Source: Lingula anatina
Taxonomy: Eukaryota > Animalia > Brachiopoda
Assembly: GCA_051362555.1 (NCBI GenBank)
Contig: CM120644.1
Coordinates: forward strand, 7,324,954 to 7,388,953
Direction: 5' to 3'
Length of the DNA: 64,000 nt
The notes below the pieces were generated by a model, which was not told the origin of the DNA, searched no databases, and saw nothing but the letters and a program-made list of their open reading frames with translations. Shown here in pieces: positions 52,276 through 64,000 of the stretch (position 1 is the stretch's first letter; each line of letters starts with the position of its first letter). The translations under genes and the position numbers were made by a program.

Positions 52276-55274
52276 ATGGTGAGCAACACTTTTTCTCAAA
52301 GCATAGCCCGACTGTTGTTGATTCTTGGGTTGTTGGCATTTGGCGTGATGTTATTTGAAACTTTTTGGCTTGCAGTAAAATCAAAACATGCACATGTACA
52401 GATGAGCAAGGAAATACACAAAGCTGAAGAGGAAAAAAGGTCATTGGATGCTATTTCTACAAGTACAAAGACGCTGCATGTGAAAAATTATCTGGAACAG
52501 TTCCTAGAAGGGAATGGATTAACAAACGATAAAGCAGAACCAGCAATTTCATCCAAAGTGTTACAGAGCAGCCAAAGTATTGTCAATGACATGATATTCA
52601 GAGGAAATAACAGAAAGTCAAGCATTGTGGAAGAAACCATAAAAGAAAATGCCATGCAAAGGATGTCTGAGAATTTGGAGACAGGTCTGATGAATAAAAC
52701 TTTAAAAGAAAATACTGTGACAGTAACATCTGAGAAGAAGACCAATAATCCAACAAATTACAAAAAGAAAAATCCTGTTATTCACATAAAAGATCACAAA
52801 AGCTGTCCAAATCTTCCAGTTGTGTTGCCCAGCATCTCGGAGCAGCAGCTATGGCTGCCTGTCACTAACAAAAGTGTGGATTCTGCAAATTACATTTTCA
52901 GTGCTTACCTAGACGTGAGGGGGAATTTTGCCAAAGTTTGTGTTATGGCATATCAGTCCTCTGAACCTAACAGGCTTTACTGCCAGTTATGGTATCAGAA
53001 CAAAACTACTGGGAAACCTTACAATCAAGTAGTTCATACTACTTCAGATTATATATATCGTCTCTGTGGAGGGAAAAGGTTAGTGTGATTGTGTTTGCTG
53101 TGACAGCATTGATTGTGGTAGATGTGACAGATGTGTTAGACCCGACAATATTGATTGAGTTAGATGTGACAAATGTGTTGGACCCAAAAACATTGATTGA
53201 GTTAGATGTGACAAATGTGTTAGAACCGACAACATTGATTGTGGTAGATGTGACAAATGTGTTAGAACCGACAATATTGATTGTGGTAGATGTGACAAAT
53301 GTGTTAGAACCGACAACATTGATTGAGTTAGATGTGACAAATGTGTTAGACCTGTCGACATTGATTGTGCTACATGTGACTGATTGTGGTAGATGTTTCA
53401 GCATTGATTGTGTTAGATGTGACAATGTGTTAGACCGGACAACATTGATTGTGTTAGATGTGATAAATTTGTTAGAACTGACAACATTGATTGTGTTAGA
53501 TGTGACTGATTGTGGTAGATAATTCAGCTACGATTGTTTTTGATATGTGTTAGATGTAACGTCACTTTAAGAAGTGATTGGGTGATATTTAATAAATGTG
53601 CAATTGTGTTGGCAGATGTGTTAGACATGAATGATTGTGTTAGATGTGACCATATGGCAGCAATTGTGTTATGTAACAGCAGATAGAAGGGCACATTGGC
53701 TTATATATAATATGGCAGTGAATTGGATGTTGCAATGTGCTAGAGGTGCCAGTGTGATGATTAAAAAAATGTAAGGGCTTGACAGCTTTTACAGATGTGA
53801 TTGTGTGTTAGCTGAGAATCTTTTGTTTAAAACAACAGATTAGTAAATAATATAAAAAGTTGACCAAGTTGCACTACTGTTTTTGAGATAATCACATGAT
53901 GCTGTTGCATCTTTACATGCATAGCTGTTACACAAATTTAAAAAAATATTTATTCACTGGTCAGGAAAATCAGATTTTAATTTAAGACTGGGTTCCCATG
54001 CCTAGATCGATCCATCTGTATAGGTCTAACACCCTGGGGAGTCTCACTAAATTGCTATCAACTTAACCATATTAAATGTCTGTCATGCCTACCGAATCAG
54101 CTAGGGGCTAAAGATGATAACCCCCTAACATCTTTACTAGGCGTGACAGATATTTAAGCTGGTTAAGTTGATAACAATTTAGTGAGACTCCCCAGGGAGA
54201 TAGATCTATCCAAATATCTGTAGGAATGGTCATTAATTCAGTTCAGAGTTGAAAAGAGTCTTAAGGTTTTTTATATACTTCCTATCTAGTTCTGAAACAT
54301 GAGATGTCACACTGCAGTCTTGTTTTTCTAGGTATCTGCAGGTGAAGTGGACGTGTGAAATAGAGCCTGAGGTAATTCCATATGCAGTATCCGTCACTGA
54401 GTCTCCATGTGCTGTACCAGTGACCAGCCTTCCAATTATTGATGCCCGCGTTCCTGACAATCTCCCAGAGTCCTATGCAGTGTGCATCAAACCAATGCAT
54501 CGTGGGTATAACAGGACTAGGCAGTTGGTGGAATTCATTGAACTTAGTCGTATGTTTGGAGCAACACATTTTACTTTATATGATTATTTAGGGAACCTCA
54601 CTGTTTTAAACCCTGTAATCAGAGAGTATGAGAAACAGGGCTTGTTGGAACTGGTGAATTGGAAGTTAGCAGGGATGGTAACTGACCATGTATTAAATCC
54701 AGAGGAGGAACGTTTTGTGAAGGGTTTTGAAGACCAGTGTACTCAGGTTCTGGCCCATACAGAATGTCTATATCGCAATCTGCACAAATATAAATACATT
54801 GCGTTCTACGACCTGGATGAGATGTTGGTTCCAGGGTACAACCGAACTTGGCCCGAGCTGGTGAAACTCATCCCTAAAAATTTCAGCTCTTTCATTTTTC
54901 ACAACCGGTTTTTCCCGTTGAGACGCCGAGAGAAAGAAGAACTGGGAAAGTACAATGACCCTCTCCTCATTAAATATCACCCTGTCTCCTTGGAGTACAC
55001 ATTGGCAGAGAGCGAAATTGTATTCACACGCCCTAAAGTGATGGTTCTAGGCAAAGGGGTGTCAAAATGCCGTGTACATCATGTGGTGCATCTTAGTGGC
55101 TCTCACCCTTTTGATATCCCTGTACATCTGGGCACTATGTGGCATTATAGGAGTCGCCCTCCAAAAGATTCCAAAAAGCCAGCTGAGAGGGATTATTACA
55201 TGTATAAATTTAAAGATGAACTGTTGGCAAGGATGGACAGAATCTTTCAAAAGACGGGGGCTCTTATTGTGTAG
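52276..55274 (+). CDS. Glycosyltransferase family 92 (DUF23)-like type II membrane protein, exons 52276-53078 and 54332-55274, ~581 aa
   Basis: N-terminal hydrophobic anchor, YIFSAYLD..R, LYCQLWY, YAVCIKP, LVEFIELSRMFGATHFTLY, CLYRN..KYKYIAFYDLDEMLVP (DxD), RPKVMV..VHHV, WHYR; phase-2 GT-AG intron restores frame. Confidence 0.88.
53090..53520. repeat. 42-bp intronic minisatellite (also 57704-58135)
   Basis: acaacattgattgtggtagatgtgacaaatgtgttagaaccg units. Confidence 0.9.
53985..54232. mobile_element. Palindromic MITE-like repeat in the GT92 intron (also ~58600-58850; diverged copy ~19818-20030)
   Basis: ctggggagtctcactaaattg...caatttagtgagactccccag inverted arms; shared start gactgggttcccatgcctagat. 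Confidence 0.7.
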
Positions 55275-55471
55275 TGGTTTTGAAAGGTTTTTGTTCATTT
55301 CAGAGGGAATTAGCAACATTGGATGTTTTTTTCAAATTGATGGGTTTTATCATTTTTATCACATCTGAAATGGGAAAGATATATAGGATACCTTTACATA
55401 TCTAATATGTATTTATATATGAGATGTAACACTACTAGCCTAACTCTACTACGAGGCATACATATGCACAT

Positions 55472-55506
<35 letters not shown>

Positions 55507-56898
55507 TTTTGTGTCAAGTCTTAAAATTAAGGACAGTGTCAATGCAAGTAGTTACTTAGCAAGATGTATTTACATGAACTATAGTTGTGTGGACAGCATA
55601 TCTCAAATTGTTATTAAAGCAAAGAACAATAACATCATCGGTAGCTGCGAGTAAACTAAATGAAAATGATAAAACAGTTGACTGAATGCCCAATGAATGG
55701 AAAATGACTTCTGGTAGTTAAGAACATCACTTACAAAGAAAAAGAAACCAGAGAATATATTACCATTTTGAAAGAGGGGTTGAGTTAAGATACAACAACC
55801 ACAAATTATCCTTCAGCTGCTCCAACAAACACAAGCAGTCTTCCACGAACAGCTATATTTGGAGCTACATTAACAATATAGGGCAGCATGGACTACGAAA
55901 TTAAAATAGACCATCCTCAGGACAGTGAGACCATATTCAAATGTCATTAAAAATGACGACAGTCACTATGATTCTGGGAGAAATTTTATATTATAGTGTT
56001 GATATTTAAAAAAAAACCTGTTGAAAAGCTTTATACATACAAATGGTACACTAGCTGATATTGTGTTGGAACTATGATGTATAGATTATGTAATTTTAAT
56101 TTATTGCAATACATTGTATTAATTATGTCAACAGTATGTACCCAGCGGGCAAATCATGTTGTTTCAACGTTGAAACAATGTTGAACTATAAGGTTGACTA
56201 GACGTTGGATTAACATTGGATTTGAAAGTTGGATCAATGTCAAATGACAGCGTTGTAACATAAAAAAATTCAACGTTGGACAAAAGCAGTAAAATAACCT
56301 GTATACTGGCATGCACTAAATAAGTATATCTACAAACAAACACATATATAACAATTGATAAAATTAATTTATTTCCTATAATATAAGACATGCCAGATAA
56401 TTGATTTATGGCACGCAGAAATGATTCCTTATATAATTTAGGCCTCTAAGATAGATAGAGACTTGGAGAGATCGTCAAGACTGTTCCGACCCATATTATG
56501 CGAGCAATAAAGCCCCCTTTACACTGGACAGCGTCCTTTTTGCGACCCGTAGTACGGCCCCGAGAGTAAAATATAATTATACTTTACATGCCGACAAGTG
56601 GCCAACCATTGAACATTCTTTCTGCAACTAAAGCGATTGCTTGTGTTTCCTTTCTACGTCCACAGGGATGCCAGTTTCATGGTCGCACAAAGGACGCAGA
56701 AAGGACACCGTCCAGTGTAAAGGGGGTTTTAAGAAGTGAGGAACTACAACACTGGCTGTTGTTTTATATTGTGTACCAGTCACTGCAGAAATAGATAACC
56801 AACCACAGTTACATCTACAATGTATCATAAATATTAACACAGTGGATAATTAATTGTCTTGCTGGTGGCACTCGTGGCTATTAGAAACAAGTTCTAAG

Positions 56899-59800
56899 AT
56901 GGTGAGGAACACTTTTTCTCAAAAGATAGCCCGACTGTTGTTGATTCTTGGGTTGTTGGCATTTGGCGTGATGTTATTTGAAACTTTTTGGCTTGCAGTA
57001 AAATCAAAACATGCACAAAAACAGATGAGCAAGGAAATACACAAAGTTGAAGAGGAAAAAAGAAGGTCACTGGATGCTATTTCTACAAGTACAAAGACGC
57101 TGCATGTGAAAAATCCTCTGGGAGGGAATGTATTAACAAATGATAAAGCAAAACTAGCAATTTCATCCAAGGTGTTACAGAGCAGTGAAGATCTTGTCAA
57201 TGACACAAGATCCAGAGGAAGTAACAGAAAGTCAATCATTGTGGAAGAAAACATAAAAGAAAATGCCAAGCAAAGGATGTCTGAGAATTTGGAGACAGGT
57301 CTGATGAATAAAACTTTAAAAGAAAATACTGTGACAGTAACATCTGAGAAGAAGACCAATAATCCAACAAATTACAAAAAGAAAAATCCTGTTATTCACA
57401 TAAAAGATCACAAAAGCTGTCCAAATCTTCCAGTTGTGTTGCCCAGCATCTCGGAGCAGCAGCTATGGCTGCCTGTCACTAACAAAAGTGTGGATTCTGC
57501 AAATTACATTTTCAGTGCTTACCTAGACGTGAGGGGGAATTTTGCCAAAGTTTGTGTTATGGCATATCAGTCCTCTGAACCTAACAGGCTTTACTGCCAG
57601 TTATGGTATCAGAACAAAACTACTGGGAAACCTTACAATCAAGTAGTTCATACTACTACAGATTATATATATCGTCTCTGTGGAGGGAAAAGGTTAGTGT
57701 GATTGTGTTTGCTGTGACAGCATTGATTGTGGTAGATGTGACAGATGTGTTAGACCCGACAATATTGATTGAGTTAGATGTGACAAATGTGTTGGACCCA
57801 AAAACATTGATTGAGTTAGATGTGACAAATGTGTTAGAACCGACAACATTGATTGTGGTAGATGTGACAAATGTGTTAGAACCGACAATATTGATTGTGG
57901 TAGATGTGACAAATGTGTTAGAACCGACAACATTGATTGAGTTAGATGTGACAAATGTGTTAGACCTGTCGACATTGATTGTGCTACATGTGACTGATTG
58001 TGGTAGATGTTTCAGCATTGATTGTGTTAGATGTGACAATGTGTTAGACCGGACAACATTGATTGTGTTAGATGTGATAAATTTGTTAGAACTGACAACA
58101 TTGATTGTGTTAGATGTGACTGATTGTGGTAGATAATTCAGCTACGATTGTTTTTGATATGTGTTAGATGTAACGTCACTTTAAGAAGTGATTGGGTGAT
58201 ATTTAATAAATGTGCAATTGTGTTGGCAGATGTGTTAGACATGAATGATTGTGTTAGATGTGACCAGATGGCAGCAATCGTGTTATGTAACAGCAGATAG
58301 AAGGGCACATTGGCTTATATATAATATGGCAGTGAATTGGATGTTGCAATGTGCTAGAGGTGCCAGTGTGATGATTAAAAAAAATGTAAGGGCTTGACAG
58401 CTTTTACAGATGTGATTGTGTGTTAGCTGAGAATCTTTTGTTTAAAACAACAGATTAGTAAATAATATAAAAAGTTGACCAAGTTGCACTACTGTTTTTG
58501 AGATAATCACATGATGCTGTTGCATCTTTACATGCATAGCTGTTACACAAATTTAAAAAAATATTTATTCACTGGTCAGGAAAATCAGATTTTAATTTAA
58601 GACTGGGTTCCCATGCCTAGATCGATCCATCTGTATAGGTCTAACACCCTGGGGAGTCTCACTAAATTGCTATCAACTTAACCATATTAAATGTCTGTCA
58701 TGCCTACCGAATCAGCTAGGGGCTAAAGATGATAACCCCCTAACATCTTTACTAGGCGTGACAGATATTTAAGCTGGTTAAGTTGATAACAATTTAGTGA
58801 GACTCCCCAGGGAGATAGATCTATCCAAATATCTGTAGGAATGGTCCCTAAGACCAAACATTAATTCAGTTCAGAGTTGGAAAGAGTTTTAAGGTTTTTT
58901 ATATACTTCCTATCTAGTTCTGAAACATGAGATGTCACACTGCAGTCTTGTTTTTCTAGGTATCTGCAGGTGAAGTGGACGTGTGAAATAGAGCCTGAGG
59001 TAATTCCATATGCAGTATCCGTCACTGAGTCTCCGTGTGCTGTACCAGTGACCAGCCTTCCAATCATTGATGCCCGCGTTCCTGACAATCTCCCAGAGTC
59101 CTATGCAGTGTGCATCAAACCAATGCATCGTGGGTATAACAGGACTAGACAGTTGGTGGAATTCATTGAACTTAGTCGTATGTTTGGAGCAACACATTTC
59201 ACTTTGTATGACTATTTAGGGAACCTCACTGTTTTAAACCCTGTAATCAGGGAGTATGAGAAACAGGGCTTGTTGGAACTGGTGAATTGGAAGTTAGCAG
59301 GGATGGTAACTGACCATGTATTAAATCCAGAGGAGGAACGTTTTGTGAAGGGTTTTGAAGACCAGTGTACTCAGGTTCTGGCCCATACAGAATGTCTATA
59401 TCGCAATCTGCACAAATATAAATACATTGCGTTCTACGACCTGGATGAGATGTTGGTTCCAGGGTACAACCGAACTTGGCCCGAGTTGGTGAAACTCATC
59501 CCTAAAAATTACAGCTCTTTCATTTTTCACAACCGTTTTTTCCCGTTGAGAAACCGGGTGAAAGAAGAATTGGGAAAGTACAATGACCCTCTCCTCATTA
59601 AGTATCACCCCGTTTCCTTGGAGTACACGTTGGCAGAGAGCGAAATTGTATTCACACGCCCAAAAGTGATGGTTCTAGGCAAAGGGGTGTCAAAATGTCG
59701 TGTACATCATGTGGTGCATCTTAGTGGCTCTCACCCTTTTGATATCCCTGTACATCTGGGCACTATGTGGCATTATAGGAGTCGCCCTCCAAAAGATTCC

Positions 59801-59902
59801 AAAAAGCCAGCTGAGAGGGACTATTACATGTATAAATTTAAAGACGAACTGTTGGCAAGAATGGACAGAATCTTTCAAAAGACCAGGGCTCTTATTGTGT
59901 AG
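56899..59902 (+). CDS. Glycosyltransferase family 92 (DUF23)-like protein, second complete copy, exons 56899-57692 and 58960-59902, ~578 aa
   Basis: Near-identical paralog of 52276-55274 with intact frame and splice sites. Confidence 0.88.
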
Positions 59903-60096
59903 TGGTTTTGAAAGGTTTTTGTTCATTTCAGAGGGAATTAGCAACATTGGGCACTTTTTTTCAAATTGATGGGTTTTATCATTTTTATCACATCTGAAAT
60001 GGGAAAGATATATAGGATACCTTTACATATCTAATATGTATTTATATATGAATATAACACTACTTGCCTCTAACTCTACTATGGGGCATACATATG

Positions 60097-60131
<35 letters not shown>

Positions 60132-60765
60132 TTTGTGTCAAGTCTTAAAAATTAAGGACAATGTCAATGCAAGAGTTAATGAGCAAGATGTATTTACATG
60201 AACTATAGTTGTGTGGACAGCATACCTCAAATTGTTATTAAAGCAAAGAACAATAACATCATCAGTAGCTGCGAGTAAACTAAATGAAAATGATAAAACA
60301 GTTGACTGAATGCCCAATGAATGGAAAATGACTTCTTGTAGTTAAGAACATCACTTACAAAGAAAAAGAAACCAGAGAATATACTGAGTATTACCATTTT
60401 GAAAGAGGGGTTGAGTTAAGATACAACAACCACAAACTATCCTTCAGCTGCTCCAACAAACACAAGCAGACTTCCATGAACAGCTATATTTGGAGCTACA
60501 ATATAGGGCAGCATGGACTACGAAATTAAAATAGACCATCCTCAGGACAGTGAGACCATATTCAAATGTCATTAAAAATGACGACAGTCACTGTGATTCT
60601 GGGAGAAATTTTATATTATAGTGTTGATATTTAAAAAAAAACCTGTTGAAAAGCTTTATACATACAAATGGTACACTAGCTGATATTGTGTTGGAACTAT
60701 GATGTATAGATTATGTAATTTTAATTTATTGCAATACATTGTATTAATTATGTCAACAGTATGTA

Positions 60766-61202
60766 CCCAGCGGGCAAATCATGTTGTTTCAACGTTGAAA
60801 CAATGTTGAACTATAAGGTTGACTAGACGTTGGATTAACATTGGATTTGAAAGTTGGATCAATGTCAAATGACAACGTTGTAACAATGTCAGATAACAAC
60901 ATTGTATCAACCCCAGTTGTTAGACAACATTCTTGCATGAAAAGACATTAAAATGACCTGAATTTTTTTTTTTTTTGGTACAAAACACAGGTACACAATT
61001 ATAACGTACACTGTAAAAACATTTAAGTGCCTGCTTTGTCTCATTTTTTCAACGCATTTAGCTCCTAAGCATGTTTTGCACCTACGCATGTTACACCCTT
61101 TTAGCCAGGATGTGTTTAGCAGTAGGATGTGTCTGATGGCTAACCATGTGTAGGGTATATATGTATGGCCTTTAAGTTAGGATTTCCAAGGTTTAGTTTT
61201 TA

Positions 61203-61268
<66 letters not shown>

Positions 61269-61941
61269 CACAGTGTTTGCCTCTTAGGAAAATTAGTTGC
61301 TGGACCAAAAGTCCAGCCATCTTGAAAAGTAGCTGGACTGAATGTCTGCCAGGTGGGAAAACTTATCAGCCCGTTCTGAAAGTTGTCAGCCCCGGGCAGA
61401 CGGTCCAGCCTTAATTTCTAACACTATATATATATATATATAAGACAGTCATGGTTACTTCAACCTGTCTATCTATTATACGTTACCATGAACTGTCAAC
61501 ATTGTTAACTTCATTCCATCACATTCACAGCGACTTATTCATCCTAGTGTTAGCTGACCTTGCAAGGAAGTTTATTGGAATGTATTTCTGAATAATAAGT
61601 TAAGAAAATTCACTAGTTCACTAAAGACACAAACGACTGTCACTTTTACTTTAAAGTGCCATTTTTAATATTTTGATGAAGTTTGTTACAGTATTGATAA
61701 ACATAGTATCACGTTTTCAATAATTAATATTTAAAATTATGTTCCATGTCTTGTATCACGACGACCAAACAACAACGTTGAGTCAATGACCAAAATACAA
61801 TGTCGAGTCAATGTCACATTATGACGGCGTTTTGACGTGGCTGGATCAACATTGATTTGACGTTGACTTGAGGTAGATCAACGGCGATTCAACTTCCCAA
61901 CCTGTTTTCAATGTTGATCCAATGTCACTATGCCTGCTGGG
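60766..61941. mobile_element. CACTA/EnSpm-like non-autonomous element (CCCAG termini, TA flanks); truncated left end also at 56141
   Basis: ta|cccagcgggca...tgcctgctggg|ta with subterminal caacgttg repeats; contains a (TA)n tract with a nested cagtgtt...aacact insertion (~61271-61425). Confidence 0.75.
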
Positions 61942-63735
61942 TATGATCTGATGTAACATGTTGTCCCTTTTAAAACCAGCATCTTTTTGAAATTTTATGC
62001 TCCTGATGATCCTTTGGGCTGTGGGAAATAAACTATGGGGGCAGCTGTTTGAATTAGTTTTATATAATATTATAGAGAATTTATGACTTTTAAGAAGATT
62101 AATAATTTAAATAAAGAAATGGGGTTATTGTTGGTAAACACATATATGTGTGTTATGACTGATATTAACTGTGAAAATGTTTTCAAGGTCAAATATGGAT
62201 TTAGGGGGATTGCCCCACCCCCACTTCTCCGTTGAATTTTCTTATAATATTTAATGCCACCCCCACCCCCACCCCAGGATCCCCATATAAAACTGCAGGA
62301 ATGCTTTTGGCTTTTAAATTTTCCAGATTTCATTTGTACACAAAGAGCTTTAACTCTGTAACAATGAAAATCATGAGAAGATTACATTTACATAATATCT
62401 AGACAAACCACAGACGTCAGCTGAAGCATGTCAGTGGGAACGGTTGGTTTCACTTTTAACATTTACAGGAATGTGAAAAATTACATCAAGATGAATATGA
62501 ATAATATTAGATAATAAGGAAATTATGAATGAGCAAAATTGCATTTGAATCCCAGTAGCCAAACAATAAAAAAATGAATACCCCTGTGATATCCATGCTG
62601 AACACTTAATATAATAATAATAATAATAATAATAATATGGTACTGGTAACAGTATAGTTTTTCCATTGTAGAAAAGATGCTGGTACTGAGTGTCTATGGG
62701 GAAGGTTTGGATAATGGTGCGACATTATTGATGAAGCTGTCTTGATGGATGGACGAATTGACTTCCAGGAGCAGGTAATATAATAACATTTTATTGCACC
62801 TAGATACACATATACCTATCACTGTCATATGCAGTCATCTAAAAGAACCCCTATGCTGATGTTCACTATTATATTAATTAATTTGATATTTTGATTTTAC
62901 TTGTGCTATAGCTGAATGGTGTTCATATTGTGTATTTTTTTTTAATGTGGATGTTTCATTGATTTGGTTTAAAATCATTTTTTAGTATTAACCCATTTTG
63001 ATGTCCCTACTGTAATGTTCACGTAAATTTTTCTGTGTTAGTTCAGTTCTGCATTAAGTTTGTTTTATTCATTTGTTAAGTATTAATTTGACATTCGTTT
63101 CTTGTTTCTGCCACGTCAACTTACAGAGTAAACTCGGGTTCTTAATAAAGTACAGTGAGAGCTGTTACAAGTCCACAACATCATGTTTTATTACTATGTT
63201 CAATATAGCATAAAAATTAATAAATTGGCTGCTTTTTCATTCATTTTAATGTATCAGTATACAAGTGACATTTCTTCAAGTATATTCTGTGAAAATAATT
63301 TATGAAAACACGGTATTTGATCTTTCACATACAATCAGGTGCTTATACATGCTGGTCAGGGTGCCTTCTCTTCCCATGAACACACCTAAGTTGTACACCC
63401 TAATTTTCTGGGTAAGCATCTGGAAAAACAAATCCTCATATCTGATATATTGTACAACTGAGTAACATACAGTTTAAAACATCTGCTTCTAGCATCCTGT
63501 CCAAACGTTACAAGTGCGTAATTATATATATTTATACATATATACCATAGTAATAATTGGGATGATTATAAAGCACATTACATCCTGGAAAATGGCTCGT
63601 AGAACCAAGATAATATGATGTGTTGATTGCCATAATTGTCTGATTTCCAGTTCCATGTTGACATGGGGGAACTATATAAACTGCAATATGAAAAAAAGCC
63701 TAGGAAAACCATCATTTCAGGTGATGATTTTGTCT

Positions 63736-63736
<1 letters not shown>

Positions 63737-63780
<44 letters not shown>

Positions 63781-63900
63781 GGGTATAGGAGTGTGTACAT
63801 GTATGTGTAAATGAGTGTATGTGTGTGTAAATGAGTGTGTGTGTATGTAAGTGAGTGAGTGTGTACATGTATGTGTAAATGAGTGTATGTGTGTGTAAAT

Positions 63901-63941
<41 letters not shown>

Positions 63942-64000
63942 AGTGAGCGTAAATGAGAGTGTGTGTGTGTGTAAATGCATGTGTGTGTATACATGTGTGT
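63737..64000. repeat. (TG)n-based compound microsatellite
   Basis: Directly visible to the end of the window. Confidence 0.95.

Larger units (their letters stand above)
51700..60885. repeat. ~4.6-kb tandem duplication carrying the two complete GT92-like genes
   Basis: ~51700-56260 aligns to ~56335-60885 with an offset of 4614-4628 bp. Confidence 0.92.

Noticed and set aside
52989-53522. 177-aa ORF with 14-aa repeats (TLIVVDVTNVLEPT), also 57603-58136, and antisense ORFs
   Set aside because: Open frames arise from a 42-bp minisatellite inside the GT92 intron.
62640-63682. Possible minus-strand exon fragments (YIVPPCQHGTGNQTIMAINTSYYLGSTSHFPG; AYPEN) faintly CUB-like
   Set aside because: Could not build a consistent stop-free spliced frame; too weak to call without a homology search.

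Overview
AT-rich eukaryotic (invertebrate, probably lophotrochozoan) genomic DNA; nothing bacterial and no CRISPR, rRNA or tRNA genes were seen. (1) A complete 22-coding-exon sorting nexin 13 gene (TM-PXA-RGS-PX-PXC, about 989 aa by my splice reconstruction) lies on the minus strand at 34061-12452. (2) A second copy of its terminal exon sits 11.4 kb downstream (1362-1052) and differs only by synonymous changes. (3) Between the two copies is an intronless, TM-less, divergent syntaxin-like ORF (+). (4) An 8.1 kb Gypsy-type LTR element with apparently identical 407-bp LTRs but a heavily decayed interior (HhH-led gag remnant, YLDD RT remnant, nested hAT-like element) is inserted just upstream of SNX13. 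(5) A tandem cluster of GT92/DUF23-like glycosyltransferases has one orphan first exon and two complete two-exon genes. (6) There are many non-autonomous DNA transposons, Helentron-associated-like elements and minisatellites, several of which duplicate SNX13 splice sites. All comparisons and counts were made by eye.
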